Shown in pieces: positions 1 through 10,110 of a stretch of DNA of 64,000 bases. Position numbers and translations under genes: made by a program. The notes below the pieces were generated by a model. That model ran no database searches, had not been told where the DNA came from, and saw nothing but the letters and a program-made list of their open reading frames with translations. The DNA lies in NCBI GenBank assembly GCA_028875575.1, contig JAPPDF010000087.1:14147-78146 (forward strand). Direction: 5' to 3'. Each line of letters begins with the position of its first letter. The stretch's first letter is position 1. The stretch comes from Acidobacteriota bacterium (GTDB lineage Bacteria; Acidobacteriota; Terriglobia; Versatilivoradales; Versatilivoraceae).

Positions 1-267
1 GATGTTCCAGGGTGGCTGCGGGGCCGTTCCGGAATCCACGAAGGTTAAATAGGTGACGAAAGACTCGGGGAATTCAACGGTGGATCGAAACACCGGTTTC
101 GAAGAAGTGACAATAGTCCGGCTCGAGATTTTCTTCAGTCACCGGATTGCCTTCGGGTATGATGGCCGGTTCCGGGTCGAAGCCAAGGGCAAGGCCATTT
201 CTTCAGGCCCGATGGCAGTGAGCCGCTGTCCGCCGGACCGGTTCCGGCCGCTCGGAGGGTTCTGTCC

Positions 268-1404
268 ATGAAAATCGCCGTACCGAGGGAACGCGATCAG
301 GAGGAGCGCCGGGTAGCCTTGATCCCCGACCACGTGGAGCAGCTGGTCCAAAAGGGGATACAGGTTACGGTGGAGGCCTCAGCGGGAGCGGGCGCCGGCT
401 GCCCGGACGAGGCCTATCGATCCGCCGGGGCCGAGGTCTCTTCCCAGCGGGAGAGCATGCTTGCGGCTGCCGACCTGGTTGTCGGTGTTCGCATCCTTCC
501 GGCGGAGGATGTGGCCCGCCTTGGAGAGGGGTGTCTTTCCATCAGTTTCCTGGATCCCTTCCAGGCATCCGAGTTGATTGAACTTCTGAGTAGTCGAGGA
601 ATCAGCGCTGTCAGCATGGAGCTGATTCCGAGATCCACCCGGGCCCAGAAAATGGATGCCTTGAGTTCCCAGGCCAGCCTGGCGGGGTATGTGGCGGTGA
701 TCCTGGCGGCCGAAGCCCTGGACAAGATTTTCCCCATGATGACAACTCCGGCCGGCACCATATTGCCGGCGCGGGTTTTCGTGCTCGGCGCGGGAGTGGC
801 GGGTCTTCAGGCCATCGCCACGGCCAAGCGGCTGGGGGCGCGGGTCGAGGCTTACGACACGCGGCCCGTGGTGGAAGAGCAGGTCAAGTCGCTGGGAGCC
901 CGCTTTGTAAAGATCGAACTGGGCAGCACGGGAGAGACCAGGCAAGGCTACGCCCGGGCTCTCTCCAAGGAGCAGTTGGGCCTGCAGCAGGAGGCGCTGG
1001 CGGCTGTCTGCGCCCAGTCGGATGTGGTGATTACCACCGCCCAGGTTTTTGGCCGCCAGGCCCCTCGATTGATCACCGGGCAGACCCTGAGCCGCATGAG
1101 ACCGGGCAGCGTGGTGGTGGATCTGGCCGTGGAGCGGGGGGGCAACGTGGAGGGTTCGGAGGTGGATCGAATCGTCGAGACCGGGGGCGTGAGGATCATC
1201 GGCCTGGCCAACCTTCCCGGCCGTGTCGCTGCCCACGCCAGCCAGATGTATTCCAGCAACCTTTTCCACCTCATCGAAGAATGCCTGCACGAAGGTGAGC
1301 CCCGTCTAAATCTGGATTTGAATCACGAGGTGCTTGGCGCCTGCCTGGTTACCCACCGAGGTCGCATCTTGTATGAGGGTATCAACCCGTCCGTCAATCG
1401 CTGA
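268..1404 (+). CDS. pntAA: NAD(P) transhydrogenase subunit alpha part 1 (PntAA; alanine-dehydrogenase-like NAD(H)-binding domains)
   Basis: 378-aa ORF with Rossmann motif VFVLGAGVAGLQAIATAKRLGARV, typical of PntA dI. It is followed directly by the small membrane PntAB and by PntB. Confidence 0.9.
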   Translation: MKIAVPRERDQEERRVALIPDHVEQLVQKGIQVTVEASAGAGAGCPDEAYRSAGAEVSSQRESMLAAADLVVGVRILPAEDVARLGEGCLSISFLDPFQASELIELLSSRGISAVSMELIPRSTRAQKMDALSSQASLAGYVAVILAAEALDKIFPMMTTPAGTILPARVFVLGAGVAGLQAIATAKRLGARVEAYDTRPVVEEQVKSLGARFVKIELGSTGETRQGYARALSKEQLGLQQEALAAVCAQSDVVITTAQVFGRQAPRLITGQTLSRMRPGSVVVDLAVERGGNVEGSEVDRIVETGGVRIIGLANLPGRVAAHASQMYSSNLFHLIEECLHEGEPRLNLDLNHEVLGACLVTHRGRILYEGINPSVNR

Positions 1405-1413
1405 GGAGAGTCC

Positions 1414-1713
1414 ATGTCCGCGGACCTGATCTTTTTGATGTTCATCCTGATGCTTGCCGTCTTTCTGGGTCTCGAGTTGATTTCCAAGGTGCCGGCGACG
1501 CTGCACACTCCGCTGATGTCGGGGTCCAACGCCATTTCCGGGATTACGCTGGTCGGAGCCCTGCTGGCCGCCGGGGCCGCCGACAGCACGCCCCTCAGCA
1601 TCGGTCTGGGCACGGCCGCGGTCACGCTGGCCACCATCAACGTGGTCGGGGGGTACCTGGTGACTCAGCGGATGCTGTCCATGTTCAAGAGGAAGCGCGG
1701 GGACCGGAAGTGA
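1414..1713 (+). CDS. pntAB: NAD(P) transhydrogenase subunit alpha part 2 (PntAB, membrane segment)
   Basis: 99-aa hydrophobic ORF between pntAA and pntB. Its 4-bp overlap with pntB (1710) indicates an operon. Confidence 0.85.
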   Translation: MSADLIFLMFILMLAVFLGLELISKVPATLHTPLMSGSNAISGITLVGALLAAGAADSTPLSIGLGTAAVTLATINVVGGYLVTQRMLSMFKRKRGDRK

Positions 1714-3095
1714 GCGTTACCATCCAACTGGCTTACCTGCTGGCGGCCTTCCTGTTTGCCCTGGGTCTGAAGTTGATGAGTTCCCCCGACACGGCCCGCT
1801 GGGGGAATCTGGCCTCTGCCTGTGCCATGCTCCTGACGGTGGTCGTCACCCTCCTCCATACGGAGGTGGTGGAATACCAGTGGATCCTGCTGGGAGTTCT
1901 CATCGGTTCGGCCATAGGATCCCTTGCGGCAACCCGCCTGCAGCTCACCGAGATGCCGGAACTGGTGGCGCTGTTCAACGGCTTTGGCGGGGGAGCCAGC
2001 CTGCTGGTGGGCTGGGAAGCCTACCATCGCCAGCCGCTTCAGGACCCGTTGGGTGCGGTGACCATCCTGCTGGCGGTCGTGATCGGCGGGGTCACCTTCA
2101 GTGGCAGTCTGGTGGCCTGGGGCAAGCTGAAGGAGATCGGTTGGCGATCCTTTCGCCTCAACAGGCCGTTGCTTTTCCCCGGTCAGCAGCCGATCAATTT
2201 CCTGTTGCTGGCGCTTCTCTGCCTGGGCGGCGTGCTCTACGGTCTCGATTCCCCGGAGAGCCAGACGCTGTTCCTGTTCCTGATGGGCTTGGCCTTTCTG
2301 CTTGGCATCATGGTGGTGGTCCCCATCGGCGGGGCCGACATGCCGGTGGTCATCTCGCTTCTCAACAGCTATTCCGGGCTGGCAGCATGCGCGGCAGGAT
2401 TTGTGATCTTCAACAACATCCTGATCGTGGCCGGTGCGCTGGTGGGAGCCAGCGGTCTCATACTGACCAACATCATGTGCAAGGCCATGAACCGGTCTCT
2501 CACCAACGTGCTGTTCAGCGGGTTCGGAGCCGTTGCCGGGAAAGGCGGCAAACAGGTCCATGGCGAGCCCCGACCCATCTCGGTCGAGGACGCCTACTTC
2601 ATCCTGGAAGCGGCCCGGTCGGTGGTTTTCGTGCCGGGCTACGGCCTGGCGGTCGCCCAGGCCCAACACGGGGTGATGGAGCTCGGGGAGATCCTGGAAG
2701 ACAATGGCTGCGAAGTCCGCTATGCCGTACATCCGGTCGCCGGCCGGATGCCGGGACATATGAACGTCCTGCTGGCAGAGGCCAACGTGTCCTACGACCT
2801 TCTGGTCGAGATTGACGACGTCAATCCCACCATGGAGACGGTGGATGTGTGTGTGGTGATTGGCGCCAACGACGTGGTCAACCCCGCCGCCAGGGACGAC
2901 GCCGAGAGTCCCATTTACGGAATGCCGATCATCGAGGTTGACCGGGCCAGGGTGGTGATTGTGTTGAAGCGTTCGATGGCAGCCGGTTTTGCGGGAATTG
3001 AAAACCCCCTCTTCTACAAGGACAACACCCGCATGCTCTTCGGAGATGCCAAGAGCAGCCTGAACGCGGTGCTGGGGGAGTTCAAAAGGAGTTAA
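1710..3095 (+). CDS. pntB: NAD(P) transhydrogenase subunit beta (PntB)
   Basis: 461 aa with an N-terminal multi-TM region and a C-terminal NADP(H)-binding dIII domain (GYGLAVAQAQH...VIGANDVVNPAA). Its TAA stop lies inside the TTAA at the MITE boundary. Confidence 0.92.
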   Translation: MSVTIQLAYLLAAFLFALGLKLMSSPDTARWGNLASACAMLLTVVVTLLHTEVVEYQWILLGVLIGSAIGSLAATRLQLTEMPELVALFNGFGGGASLLVGWEAYHRQPLQDPLGAVTILLAVVIGGVTFSGSLVAWGKLKEIGWRSFRLNRPLLFPGQQPINFLLLALLCLGGVLYGLDSPESQTLFLFLMGLAFLLGIMVVVPIGGADMPVVISLLNSYSGLAACAAGFVIFNNILIVAGALVGASGLILTNIMCKAMNRSLTNVLFSGFGAVAGKGGKQVHGEPRPISVEDAYFILEAARSVVFVPGYGLAVAQAQHGVMELGEILEDNGCEVRYAVHPVAGRMPGHMNVLLAEANVSYDLLVEIDDVNPTMETVDVCVVIGANDVVNPAARDDAESPIYGMPIIEVDRARVVIVLKRSMAAGFAGIENPLFYKDNTRMLFGDAKSSLNAVLGEFKRS

Positions 3096-3342
3096 CCCGC
3101 ATTTCTCACCAAGTCGCTGGAGGCATTACAAGAAGTAGATTATCTTCAGCACCTTGATTGGCTCCATGTCAAGGGCTTGCGCATCACAGACGGCCCTGGG
3201 CATGCCCTGGCTTGTCCTTTCCCTTTCAGCGCACACATGCTCCCTCGACCGTAGAAACCGCTACGCTCTTCGGTCGCGAGCACGCGCTGAAGGGGAAATT
3301 CCTGCGCCATGATCATGCCCCCTGGTGAGAAATGCGGGTTAA
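3092..3342. mobile_element. MITE copy 1 (~251 bp) with 20-bp terminal inverted repeats TTAACCCGCATTTCTCACCA / TGGTGAGAAATGCGGGTTAA, flanked by TTAA
   Basis: Near-perfect TIRs read directly in the sequence, with an internal long hairpin (CCCTTTCAGCGC...GCGCTGAAGGG). A second inverted copy lies at 56312..56560 with ~80% internal identity and conserved TIRs. Confidence 0.8.
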
Positions 3343-4142
3343 TCCACATATTCCTGTTGAAAAATCCTGCCGTCCTCCAATCGCATGGCCGTCAGCGGCC
3401 CTCCGCGGACACAGTTGCTGTCGAGGCCTGCGGTTCCGGGCGCCTGGTGCAACCCCAGGGCGGCCCAATGCCCGAAAAGGACGGTGGCGGAGCGGTTGCG
3501 CCGGCCGGGAAACGAAAACCAGGGGATGAGGGAGTCGGGCATCTCCGACAGTGGGCCCACGAAGGTGTGGTCCATGCTCCCGTCCGGGTTGAGCGTCCTC
3601 AGTTGGGTCATGGCACGGAGCGCCGCCGCCAGTCGCAATAATTCGGATTCTTCCTCCTTGATTGCCGACAGGTTCCTCGCCGTCAGGCACTGCAACAGCT
3701 CCGCGGCTCCCGGCCCCCTCAGGCGCCGTCGAACTTCCTCTCCCAGTTGGAGTGCCCGATCCACCGTCCATTCCGGCAACAGTCCGGCGTGAACCAGGAC
3801 ATACCCTCCTTCGCGGTGAACCAGAGGCCGGCCTCTGAGCCAGGCGAGCAATTCCTCGCGGTCCCCGGCAGCCAGTATCGAGCTCAGTTGAGGGTTCTTC
3901 AGGGAAGATCGAACTCCCAGGCCACAGGCCAGCAGCTTGAGGTCGTGGTTTCCGAGAACGCAGACGGCTCGATCGCCTAGATTCCGCGCCCAGCGGAGGA
4001 CCTCCAGGGATCTCGGTCCGCGGTTGACCAGGTCGCCCACCAGCCAAAGTCGATCCCGGCCGGGGTCGAACCGGATGGCTTCCATGAGGCGCTGCAGGGT
4101 CCGGAAGCATCCGTGAATGTCGCCGATCGCGTAAATAGCCAT
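3339..4142 (-). CDS. apaH: bis(5'-nucleosyl)-tetraphosphatase, symmetrical (ApaH; metallophosphoesterase)
   Basis: N-terminus MAIYAIGDIHGCFRTLQRLMEAIRFDPGRDRLWLVGDLVNRGPRSLEVL...GNHDL closely matches the ApaH consensus. Its stop codon is supplied by the TTAA at the MITE right end. Confidence 0.9.
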   Translation of the reverse strand: MAIYAIGDIHGCFRTLQRLMEAIRFDPGRDRLWLVGDLVNRGPRSLEVLRWARNLGDRAVCVLGNHDLKLLACGLGVRSSLKNPQLSSILAAGDREELLAWLRGRPLVHREGGYVLVHAGLLPEWTVDRALQLGEEVRRRLRGPGAAELLQCLTARNLSAIKEEESELLRLAAALRAMTQLRTLNPDGSMDHTFVGPLSEMPDSLIPWFSFPGRRNRSATVLFGHWAALGLHQAPGTAGLDSNCVRGGPLTAMRLEDGRIFQQEYVD

Positions 4143-4243
4143 GGCATGGAAGCAAAACTAGAGCGGCGGTGCCCCTTCGGTGGGGCAGGGCTGCCGGCCT
4201 CCCGGCTACCGGATGATGAGAGGCCTCAGCTTTGGAGAGGGTA

Positions 4244-4774
4244 TCAGGCCCGCTTCAGCCCGGATCGCAGCAACCATAAAAGTCCGGCGCCAAACTTGAC
4301 CAGATCGGTCACAGTGTAGGCAAGGTGGTAACGCCAGAAGGCATCCATCTGTGGCGGTGGCGGAGATCGGGGGATGAAGTCGACCTGGCGTCCGATTTCG
4401 ACAAGGGACGGCGTCACCCAAAGTGTCAGAATGGCTGCCAACAACCAGATTGCGCCCAGCAGACCCAACTCGAAGCGGTCAGCCGCCAGGCGCCAGCTCA
4501 AGATCAGGATCACCCCTCCAAGCATCAACTGGGACCAGCCCCAGACGGTGAAATAGAAGCGATTGAGCTCGGAGGCCAGGAAACGCAGGGCGACGCGCGC
4601 CTCGTCGGCGGGCAGGGGTTCCAGCCTTTGGTGGAATTCGGGATGGGGGCTGCTCAGAACCGCATCCACCCGACGGAAGTTTTCGGTGGCGACCAACCAG
4701 AGGAATGCCGTGCCCATCAGCCATGCGCCCATCAGGGACCATCGAAGGGAATTGGCAAGATGGGGGTGGAACAT
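4244..4774 (-). CDS. hypothetical integral membrane protein
   Basis: 176-aa ORF with 4-5 hydrophobic segments. I recognise no family. Confidence 0.5.
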   Translation of the reverse strand: MFHPHLANSLRWSLMGAWLMGTAFLWLVATENFRRVDAVLSSPHPEFHQRLEPLPADEARVALRFLASELNRFYFTVWGWSQLMLGGVILILSWRLAADRFELGLLGAIWLLAAILTLWVTPSLVEIGRQVDFIPRSPPPPQMDAFWRYHLAYTVTDLVKFGAGLLWLLRSGLKRA

Positions 4775-4832
4775 TGCCTGGAATGGCTTCGAGCGGGAGG
4801 GGTGCTTCCAACGGGTCTCTGATTGCCTCTCC

Positions 4833-5408
4833 CTATTCCGTCTTGAGGTTGAGAGCCGCCGAATTCATGCAGTAGCGCAAGCCGGTCGGCCTGGGGCCAT
4901 CATTGAAAACGTGTCCCAGGTGGGCGTCACAGCGATTGCACAGGACTTCCGTCCGGACCATGCCGTAAGCCCTGTCCGTTTCGGTGCGGATGTTCTCGGG
5001 AGCAATGGGCTCCCAGAAGCTCGGCCAACCGGTTCCCGAGTCGTACTTTGTGTCGGAGGTGAACAGGTCGATTCCGCAGCACACGCACTGGTAGATGCCG
5101 GTCTCCTTGGCGAAATTGTACTTCCCGCTGAAGGCGAGCTCGGTTCCTCCCTTGCGGGTCACGTTGTATTGCAGGGGCGTGAGTTGATTGCGCCAATCCT
5201 CCTCGGACTTGACTACCTTTTTCACCATGACCAGCTCTCCCTTCTCTACCGAAAAAATGCTGACGGTTGCGAGTGGACCGGCGCTGTGAGACGGAGAGGC
5301 CTTGGACAGTGGCTCGGTCCTGTTCGAACCGGCCTCGCTCGTGCAGCTGATCGATCCGGCACCAAGGGGCAAAGCCATCATGAAGACGATGGTGTTGAAG
5401 CCCCGCAT
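4833..5408 (-). CDS. msrB: peptide-methionine (R)-S-oxide reductase MsrB, with N-terminal signal/lipoprotein-like leader
   Basis: C-terminal 130 aa carry the MsrB motifs (CVCCG...[16 protein letters not shown]...RYCMNSAAL). The start is chosen at [22 protein letters not shown]; the ORF track extends it to 5534. Confidence 0.85.
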   Translation of the reverse strand: MRGFNTIVFMMALPLGAGSISCTSEAGSNRTEPLSKASPSHSAGPLATVSIFSVEKGELVMVKKVVKSEEDWRNQLTPLQYNVTRKGGTELAFSGKYNFAKETGIYQCVCCGIDLFTSDTKYDSGTGWPSFWEPIAPENIRTETDRAYGMVRTEVLCNRCDAHLGHVFNDGPRPTGLRYCMNSAALNLKTE

Positions 5409-5623
5409 GATTGGCCTTTCGCTGGGGTTCGGCTGGACGCGCTTGCCCCTTTCAGTCCACTCCAACCAGTCTATTTTGCCTGCTCCGGAAGCACAAGGGA
5501 CAATTGGAACGAGTGTTAGAACCGGTGAAGACAAAAATATTGAGGGAGGCGAATCCAGATTATAAACTGAGTGGACCGTTCGGCCTGAGCGGCCGGAGAA
5601 GGAGTGATTCCTTGAAGAGATTG

Positions 5624-7429
5624 ATGCTGGTCATTGGGGGCGTCATGGTCCTGGCGTCCGGATCGTTTTCGGGGCTGGCCGGATCGCAGGACGCAGCCGA
5701 GTCCACCTCGTCCGCGGCGGAAGAGTTCGTGCGCCAGGCGGAGGAACGCCTGCTGGGGCTCTGGACCGAGGCCGCCCGCGCCAGTTGGGTCCGGTCGACC
5801 TATATCACCGGAGACACCCAGGCTCTGGCTGCAGTGGCCAGCAAGCGGGCCATCGAGGCCACCGCCAGGCTGGCCAAGGAATCGTCGGGCTTCGAAACGG
5901 CCGGTTTGCCGAGGGAACTGGCAAGGAAACTGGAGCTGCTTCGACTGTCGCTGACGCTGGCCGCTCCTCCCGACCCCAAGGCCAGCGAGGAGCTCACTCG
6001 GCTGGTGACATCAATGGAATCCACCTATGGAAAAGGGAAGGTTTGCGGGGAGGCCGGCGACGAGTGTCGGAACCTGCAGGATCTATCCCGCATCATGGCT
6101 TCCAGCCGGGATCCGAAAGCGCTGAAAGCAGCCTGGACTGGCTGGAGAGGTATTTCTCCTCCAATGCGAAGGGATTTTCAGCGGTACGTGGAACTGGCCA
6201 ATCAGGGAGCCCGCAGCCTGGGATTCTCGGATACGGGCGCCATGTGGCGGGCCAAGTACGACATGCCTCCGGAGGCCTTCCTTCGAGAGCTGGATCGCCT
6301 GTGGGAGCAGGTGCGACCATTCTATCTCTCGCTGCATGCCTACGTGAGACAGCGGCTGAGAACCCACTACGGGCCGGAGGTGGTTCCCGCCGACGGTCCC
6401 ATTCCGGCTCACTTGCTGGGCAACATGTGGGCGCAAACCTGGTCCAACGTCTTCCCGCTGGTCGCGCCGCGGGAAACCGATCCGGGCTTCGATCTCACCG
6501 AGATTCTTCGGTCTCGAAAGACGACCCCAAGGCAGATGGTCTCCTACGGAGAGGGATTTTTCAGTTCGCTCGGATTCGCCCCCCTGCCGCAGAGCTTCTG
6601 GGATCGATCCCTGTTTGAAAAACCCCGCGACCGGGAGGTCATCTGCCATGCCAGCGCCTGGAACGTGGATGCGCGCGAGGATTTGCGCATCAAGATGTGC
6701 ATCGACATCACCGCCGAGGATTTCAATGTCATCCACCACGAGTTGGGTCACAACTACTATCAGAGAGCCTACAGCCAGCAGCCGGTCCTCTTCAGGGAAA
6801 GTGCCAACGACGGGTTCCACGAGGCCGTGGGTGACACCATTGCACTCTCCATCACTCCGCCCTACCTGGTAAGGCTCGGGTTGCTGGATCAGGTGCCCCC
6901 GTCGTCAAAGGACCTGGGGTTGCTGCTGCGCCAGGCGCTGGACAAGATTGCCTTCCTTCCCTTCGGCCTGCTGGTGGATCAGTGGCGCTGGAAGGTATTC
7001 TCCGGTGAGATTCCGCCCGACCGCTACAATCAGGCCTGGTGGGAGCTGAGAGGCAAGTACCAGGGCATCGCTCCCCCAGTGGCTCGTAGCGAAGACGACT
7101 TCGACCCGGGCGCCAAGTACCACGTGCCGGCCAACGTACCCTATACCCGTTACTTTCTGGCCCAAATCCTGCAGTTTCAATTCCATCGGGCCCTGGCTCG
7201 GGAAGCCGCCTGCGAGGACAGCCTCCATCGATGCTCCATTTACGGGAGTGAGGCTGCCGGCAAGCGCCTGCGTGCCATGCTCGCCATGGGGGCCAGCCGG
7301 CCCTGGCCGGAGGCGCTGGAGGTGTTGACGGGAGAACGGGATATGGATGCCACCGCAATTCTGGAATACTTTGCCCCGCTGCAGAAGTGGCTGGATGAAC
7401 AGAACAAGGGCCAGCCGGTAGGTTGGTAG
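5624..7429 (+). CDS. M2-family peptidyl-dipeptidase (angiotensin-converting-enzyme-like zinc metallopeptidase), secreted
   Basis: HEXXH zinc motif [10 protein letters not shown], followed downstream by the FHEAVGD glutamate motif and an ACE-like N-terminal region. The signal peptide is [14 protein letters not shown]; the ORF track starts at TTG 5411, so the start is uncertain. Confidence 0.8.
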   Translation: MLVIGGVMVLASGSFSGLAGSQDAAESTSSAAEEFVRQAEERLLGLWTEAARASWVRSTYITGDTQALAAVASKRAIEATARLAKESSGFETAGLPRELARKLELLRLSLTLAAPPDPKASEELTRLVTSMESTYGKGKVCGEAGDECRNLQDLSRIMASSRDPKALKAAWTGWRGISPPMRRDFQRYVELANQGARSLGFSDTGAMWRAKYDMPPEAFLRELDRLWEQVRPFYLSLHAYVRQRLRTHYGPEVVPADGPIPAHLLGNMWAQTWSNVFPLVAPRETDPGFDLTEILRSRKTTPRQMVSYGEGFFSSLGFAPLPQSFWDRSLFEKPRDREVICHASAWNVDAREDLRIKMCIDITAEDFNVIHHELGHNYYQRAYSQQPVLFRESANDGFHEAVGDTIALSITPPYLVRLGLLDQVPPSSKDLGLLLRQALDKIAFLPFGLLVDQWRWKVFSGEIPPDRYNQAWWELRGKYQGIAPPVARSEDDFDPGAKYHVPANVPYTRYFLAQILQFQFHRALAREAACEDSLHRCSIYGSEAAGKRLRAMLAMGASRPWPEALEVLTGERDMDATAILEYFAPLQKWLDEQNKGQPVGW

Positions 7430-7531
7430 GGCCCGCTCAAGGGCAATTCGGTACCGAAGAGGGGCGGATCGAAGGACGACCGGCAAAGTCTATGGTATAA
7501 CTCTGAAAAACATTACAAGGAGGGACGCGTT

Positions 7532-8395
7532 ATGTCTGCCATTGAAGAACGAGGATACGCCAGCACGGACGCCCTGGTGTCGACCGAGTGGGTGTCGGAG
7601 CATCTGAACGATCCCAATCTCAGGTTTGCCGAATCCAACGAGGACCCGCTGCTCTATGCCTCCGGGCACATTCCGGGAGCGGTGGAAGTCGATTGGACCC
7701 GAGACCTGAACCACCCTCTGCGGCGGGACTATCTCGACAAGTCGGGGTTTGAAGACCTGATGAGGCGGATCGGGGCCACCCGGGAGACGACGGTGGTGCT
7801 GTACGGCGACAAGAGCAACTGGTGGGCCTGCTATGCCTTCTGGGTGTTTCAGTTGTTCGGGCATACCAATGCCAAGATCATGGACGGGGGCCGCCTGAAA
7901 TGGCAAAGCGAGGGGAGGCCGCTGGTGACCGAGGCCGCCATCTATCCCACCACCAGTTATCAGGCTCCGGAGAGGGATGACAGCAACGTCCGTGTCTTTC
8001 GAGACCAGGTGCTGGAGCATGTCCAGGCCGGAAGACCCCTGGTGGATGTGAGAAGCCCGGCGGAGTATACCGGCGAACGGCTGCACATGGAGGCCTATCC
8101 CAACGAGGGCGCCTTGCGTGGCGGGCACATTCCGGGAGCCGCCAACATCCCCTGGGCCCGCGCCGCCAACGAGGACGGCACCTTCAAGACCGCCGACGAG
8201 TTGCGCGCTATCTACACGGGTGAAAACAATCTGCAAGCCGGGGACGATATCGTCGCCTACTGCCGGATCGGGGAGCGCAGCAGCCACACCTGGTTCGTCC
8301 TGACCTACCTGCTCGGCTTCCAGCAAGTCAGAAACTATGACGGGAGCTGGACGGAGTGGGGCAACCTGGTCAACGTGCCCATCGAAAGACCATAA
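7532..8395 (+). CDS. sseA: 3-mercaptopyruvate / thiosulfate sulfurtransferase (tandem rhodanese domains)
   Basis: 287 aa with two rhodanese repeats. The catalytic Cys lies in the second domain ([16 protein letters not shown]). Confidence 0.85.
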   Translation: MSAIEERGYASTDALVSTEWVSEHLNDPNLRFAESNEDPLLYASGHIPGAVEVDWTRDLNHPLRRDYLDKSGFEDLMRRIGATRETTVVLYGDKSNWWACYAFWVFQLFGHTNAKIMDGGRLKWQSEGRPLVTEAAIYPTTSYQAPERDDSNVRVFRDQVLEHVQAGRPLVDVRSPAEYTGERLHMEAYPNEGALRGGHIPGAANIPWARAANEDGTFKTADELRAIYTGENNLQAGDDIVAYCRIGERSSHTWFVLTYLLGFQQVRNYDGSWTEWGNLVNVPIERP

Positions 8396-8452
8396 GCCGC
8401 AGTTCCCGGCCAGGTTAACGCGGTCGCAGGCCGCAGGTAAACCCGGATCATC

Positions 8453-8953
8453 ATGAACGCATACCCGGAAAAACTGGCGATGTTGCTGGAGTATCTGGAC
8501 CTGTCGGGCGACCGCGACGAGCGCATCCAGATGCTCATCGACATCGCCTCCCGGTTCAAGTCGGTTCCGGAATTCATTGCCACACGTCCCTTTTCCAAGA
8601 CTCACCTGACGCCGGCCTGCGAGTCGGAGGCCTACGTCTGGTGCGAAGAGCTCCCCAGCCAGTCGCTGAAGTTCCATTTCGCCGTGGAGAACCCCCAGGG
8701 GATCTCTGCCAAGTGCATGGCCGTCATCCTGGACGAGACCCTGTCCGGAGAGTCGGCCTCCAGCCTGGCCCGGGTGCCCGGTGAGGTGGTCTATCGAATC
8801 TTCGGCAAGGACCTCTCCATGGGGAAGAGCATGGGTTTGATGGGGATGGTCTCCATGGTGCAGGCCTGCGCCAAGCGCTACCTGGCGTCCGGGCACGCCG
8901 ACCGACTGCTCGGAGAGAGTAGCGCCGCAGGCGCCGTCTCCGCGGGACCCTGA
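8453..8953 (+). CDS. sufE: SufE-family cysteine desulfuration / sulfur acceptor protein
   Basis: SufE-like fold motifs (LTPACESEAYVW...KFHFAVENPQGISAKCMAVILDE). Lies adjacent to the rhodanese gene. Confidence 0.8.
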   Translation: MNAYPEKLAMLLEYLDLSGDRDERIQMLIDIASRFKSVPEFIATRPFSKTHLTPACESEAYVWCEELPSQSLKFHFAVENPQGISAKCMAVILDETLSGESASSLARVPGEVVYRIFGKDLSMGKSMGLMGMVSMVQACAKRYLASGHADRLLGESSAAGAVSAGP

Positions 8954-8962
8954 GGCAGCAGT

Positions 8963-9649
8963 TCAGCCGAGCCGAACCAGGGTGACGGCGATATCCCCCC
9001 GAAAACAGGCTTCCACGTCCGTTCCCGGGTCATACCGTCTCCGGTGGTAGTTTCCGTTGTACAGAAAACCGGTGCCTTCCATTCGAAACGTGATCGGAAG
9101 GGGGGACATATCCAAGGGACAGTAGACGGTTTGTGGGTCGGGGCAGCCGGGTTCCAGGTGAGGCAGATTGATATTCCAGAAGGTCCCAGCGGCCCAGGGG
9201 GCCTGTAACAGCTTTCTTAGAAGGGGCCGCACCCATCGGGCCGAGCGGTTCCAGTCGATGGGAAGGTCTTTCTTGCAGTACTGAGAAACGGCGATGCCCG
9301 GCACGCCCTCCAGCACGCCTTCCCGAACGGCCGCTACCGTGCCGGAATAAAAGACATCCGCACCCAGGTTCCCTCCCTGATTGATTCCCGATAACACGCA
9401 ATCGGCATTGGACGCCAGTTGGCGCAGGCCGATACGTACACAGTCGGCGGGCGTTCCCGAGAGGCTGTAGCGCGAGAGGCCGCGAGCCTCCACCCGGATG
9501 GGCTCATGGGTGGTGACTTGGTGGCTGCAGCCCGACAGCGGTTCCTGGGGCGCCCCCACCACGCATCTCCCCAGACCCTCGACCGCCTTGATCAGTGCCT
9601 GGAGCCCGGGGGCATCGAAGCCGTCATCGTTGGTGAGGAGAAATTTCAT
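8963..9649 (-). CDS. surE: 5'/3'-nucleotidase SurE
   Basis: N-terminus MKFLLTNDDGFDAPGLQAL...GTPADCV...SGINQGGNLGADVFYSGTVAAVREG matches the SurE consensus. Confidence 0.9.
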   Translation of the reverse strand: MKFLLTNDDGFDAPGLQALIKAVEGLGRCVVGAPQEPLSGCSHQVTTHEPIRVEARGLSRYSLSGTPADCVRIGLRQLASNADCVLSGINQGGNLGADVFYSGTVAAVREGVLEGVPGIAVSQYCKKDLPIDWNRSARWVRPLLRKLLQAPWAAGTFWNINLPHLEPGCPDPQTVYCPLDMSPLPITFRMEGTGFLYNGNYHRRRYDPGTDVEACFRGDIAVTLVRLG

Positions 9650-9885
9650 GAACAGGAAGTCAAGACAACAGCCGGCGCATTTCCCGGGTGCCTCCGGGCA
9701 GAGTTCTATCCTTCCTGGACCAATATAGCAAGGGGCAGGGCGGGAATTCCTGCAGGAACCGCAGGAGGGGACTGCCGCGTGGCCGGATTTTCACCTGCCG
9801 GCGACTGGTAGACGACCAGCCGCCTTCCGCGCCTAAATGGCTTGACTCATTTTGGGCCAAGATGCTAAACAGACCCGTTCAGCCT

Positions 9886-9961
9886 GGGCGAGTAGCTCAG
9901 ATGGGAGAGCGCGGCGTTCGCAACGCCGAGGTCGAGGGTTCGATCCCCTTCTCGTCCACCA
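9886..9961 (+). tRNA. tRNA-Ala (anticodon CGC), 76 nt including encoded CCA
   Basis: Manual cloverleaf: acceptor GGGCGAG/CTCGTCC, D-arm GCTC-AGATGGGA-GAGC, anticodon stem CGGCG/CGCCG with loop TTCGCAA, and T-arm GAGGG-TTCGATC-CCCTT. The 3' 23 nt are the attL core of the downstream island. Confidence 0.85.
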
Positions 9962-10110
9962 TTTCCCCTTCCCGCCAATTCTTAGAAAATCCCATAAGTA
10001 ACTGATATAAAGGGAGTTATATTCCCTTTTTGTGCTTGCGTGTTCCTGCACAATCCCTTATAATCCTATATAGGTCGTGGGATAAAACGTGGGAGAAGCG
10101 CGGAGGGAAC

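Noticed and set aside
379-1290. 303-aa antisense ORF (and several others of 100-360 aa such as 1665..2759, 3313..4155, 6083..6820, 7490..8896, 35013..36641, 50063..52249) lying entirely inside well-supported genes on the opposite strand
   Set aside because: These are typical spurious long ORFs of high-GC DNA. Their composition is low-complexity (Arg/Pro/Gly-rich), they have no recognisable domains, and the overlapping sense-strand genes have strong family signatures.
5411-5623. N-terminal 71 codons of the M2 peptidase ORF from TTG 5411
   Set aside because: This would overlap the msrB start region and places charged residues before the signal peptide. The internal ATG 5624 yields a canonical signal peptide.
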